Assembly: GCA_016201825.1 (NCBI GenBank)
Contig: JACQCD010000085.1
Location: 1 to 62,895 of the forward strand
Length of the DNA: 62,895 bases
Reading direction: 5' to 3'
Source: Nitrospirota bacterium
GTDB taxonomy: Bacteria; Nitrospirota; Nitrospiria; 2-01-FULL-66-17
The notes beneath the pieces are model-generated. The model had not been told where the DNA came from. It saw only the letters and a list, made by a program, of their open reading frames with translations, and did not search any database. Within the stretch, counting starts at the first letter, position 1. Every line of letters starts with the position of its first letter. The position numbers were made by a program, and so were the translations under genes. Shown here piece by piece: positions 61,997 through 62,895 of this stretch.

Positions 61997-62149
61997 CCGG
62001 ATAGAGCTACCGGCCGCCATAGTGGAAGGAGATGGTGATTTTGAAGTGCTCTTTGTTCCGGAAGCCGTAGGCGCGTTTCTTGATCGTTTGGGTCTTGGAG
62101 TTGAGGCCTTCACTCACGCATTGGTGATCGGGTGTATGCCGGAAGAACC
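61970..62149 (-). mobile_element. 180-bp ISL3-derived miniature element (two IR-like ends plus decayed transposase 3' end)
   Basis: Minus strand encodes ITNA/SEGLNSKTQTIKKRAYGFRNKEHFKITISFHYGGR*LYP (ISL3 C-terminus); ends GGTTCTTCCGG and GGCGTCGTCCG. Confidence 0.75.
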
Positions 62150-62165
62150 CGAAAAGGAAGAATAG

Positions 62166-62801
62166 ATGTTCTCAAAAGTTCTTAGGAAGATTTCAAATGT
62201 TCTAAGGATTCCTCTTACATTTAAGAATTGGGTTCATGTTATTGGATATGCCTTATCTATCTGCTAATTCTAAACAGGGGACTGGACTGGTAATCCTTAA
62301 AGGTGGACAGAAGCTAAGGATTCGACTTAAACATCTTTATGATATAGGTTCAATAATAGAAACATACCATAGAAAAGTATACTTTCCATCTACTCTTGGA
62401 ATACCAGATAACGCAACCATTGTTGATGTTGGCGCTTCCATTGGTGATTTTAGCGTATGCTGTGCTTCTTCCTTCCATGGGGCAAAGGTCTTCAGTTATG
62501 AGCCAGACAAGGATGCTTTTGAATTGCTTAAAGAAAATATTTCCCTAAATCATCTTGAAGGCCAGATAAAACCCTATCCTTAGAAGATATATTTACGAAA
62601 AATAAAATTGGGAGATGTGACTTCCTTAAAATTGAAGGAGCAGAATATGATGTATTGCTCAAAACACCAAAAGAGATTTTAAAACGTATCAATGCAATGG
62701 CCATGGAATGCCACATCTATGACCGAGGTGAGAATTTAAATAGCCTGAGAAGCTACTTGATAGAAACAGGATTTCACTACTGTCCCAACGTTGTTGATTG
62801 A
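62166..62801 (+). pseudogene. FkbM-family methyltransferase, decayed
   Basis: VDVGASIGDFS, YEPD; frameshifts near 62236 and 62582; FLKI-EGAEY lacks the usual Dx; AT-rich. Confidence 0.8.
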
Positions 62802-62895
62802 TACGGCTCTAACCCATTGATAGTGCGTTCAGAAATGCGTTTTGTGCCTGTCACCGACTTGAACTGGTCAGAGTGGTTCTGCGACTCTGCGACGA

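Noticed and set aside
61917-62165. 82-aa plus-strand ORF
   Set aside because: It is the antisense reading of the ISL3 remnant
62806-62895. GGCTCTAACCC... as another IS terminal repeat
   Set aside because: Only a short GGCTCT match at the window edge; no partner end or transposase visible

Overview
A 63-kb, essentially all-plus-strand lipopolysaccharide supercluster from a GC-rich Gram-negative bacterium. Gene content is reminiscent of Nitrospirota/Desulfobacterota, but the taxon cannot be fixed from the sequence. (1) 1-24.8 kb is a lipid A/Kdo/core operon: skp-lpxD-fabZ-lpxA-lpxI-gnnA-like-lpxB-msbA-DUF374/LpxJ-waaA-lpxK-waaF-gmhB-GT9-Trm112-ICMT-like MTase, several GT2/GT4/GT9, an unknown lipoprotein and waaL. 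(2) 24.8-31.6 kb holds nucleotide-sugar supply genes (uxs, PGM/PMM, wzz-like, UDP-sugar dehydrogenase, epimerase, rmlC). (3) 31.7-62 kb is an UpxY (NusG-paralog)-headed O-antigen/glycan operon. It carries a full pseudaminic-acid-type pathway (pseB/C/G/H/I plus SpsF) and extra tailoring enzymes: AKR, a divergent NeuB, a class III aminotransferase, CmoA, two sugar methyltransferases, a KdsA variant with KDCRS in place of KANRS, an HpcH aldolase, two SDRs and KdsB. This part is a mosaic with three chimeric recombination scars (~41082, ~52011, ~58410), a dehydrogenase inactivated by a 13-bp duplication, a 180-bp ISL3-derived mini-element and a decayed FkbM gene. Best candidates for new biology: a -1 frameshift on an A10 tract in the LpxJ-family lipid A acyltransferase (programmed slippage or phase variation); a CmoA/sugar-methyltransferase pair (possible carboxy-SAM-dependent glycan carboxymethylation); and a variant-KdsA ulosonic-acid module. 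Many start codons were moved downstream of the ORF-track starts to ATGA/GTGA overlaps. GC statements are by eye, not computed. No tRNA, rRNA or CRISPR array was seen.
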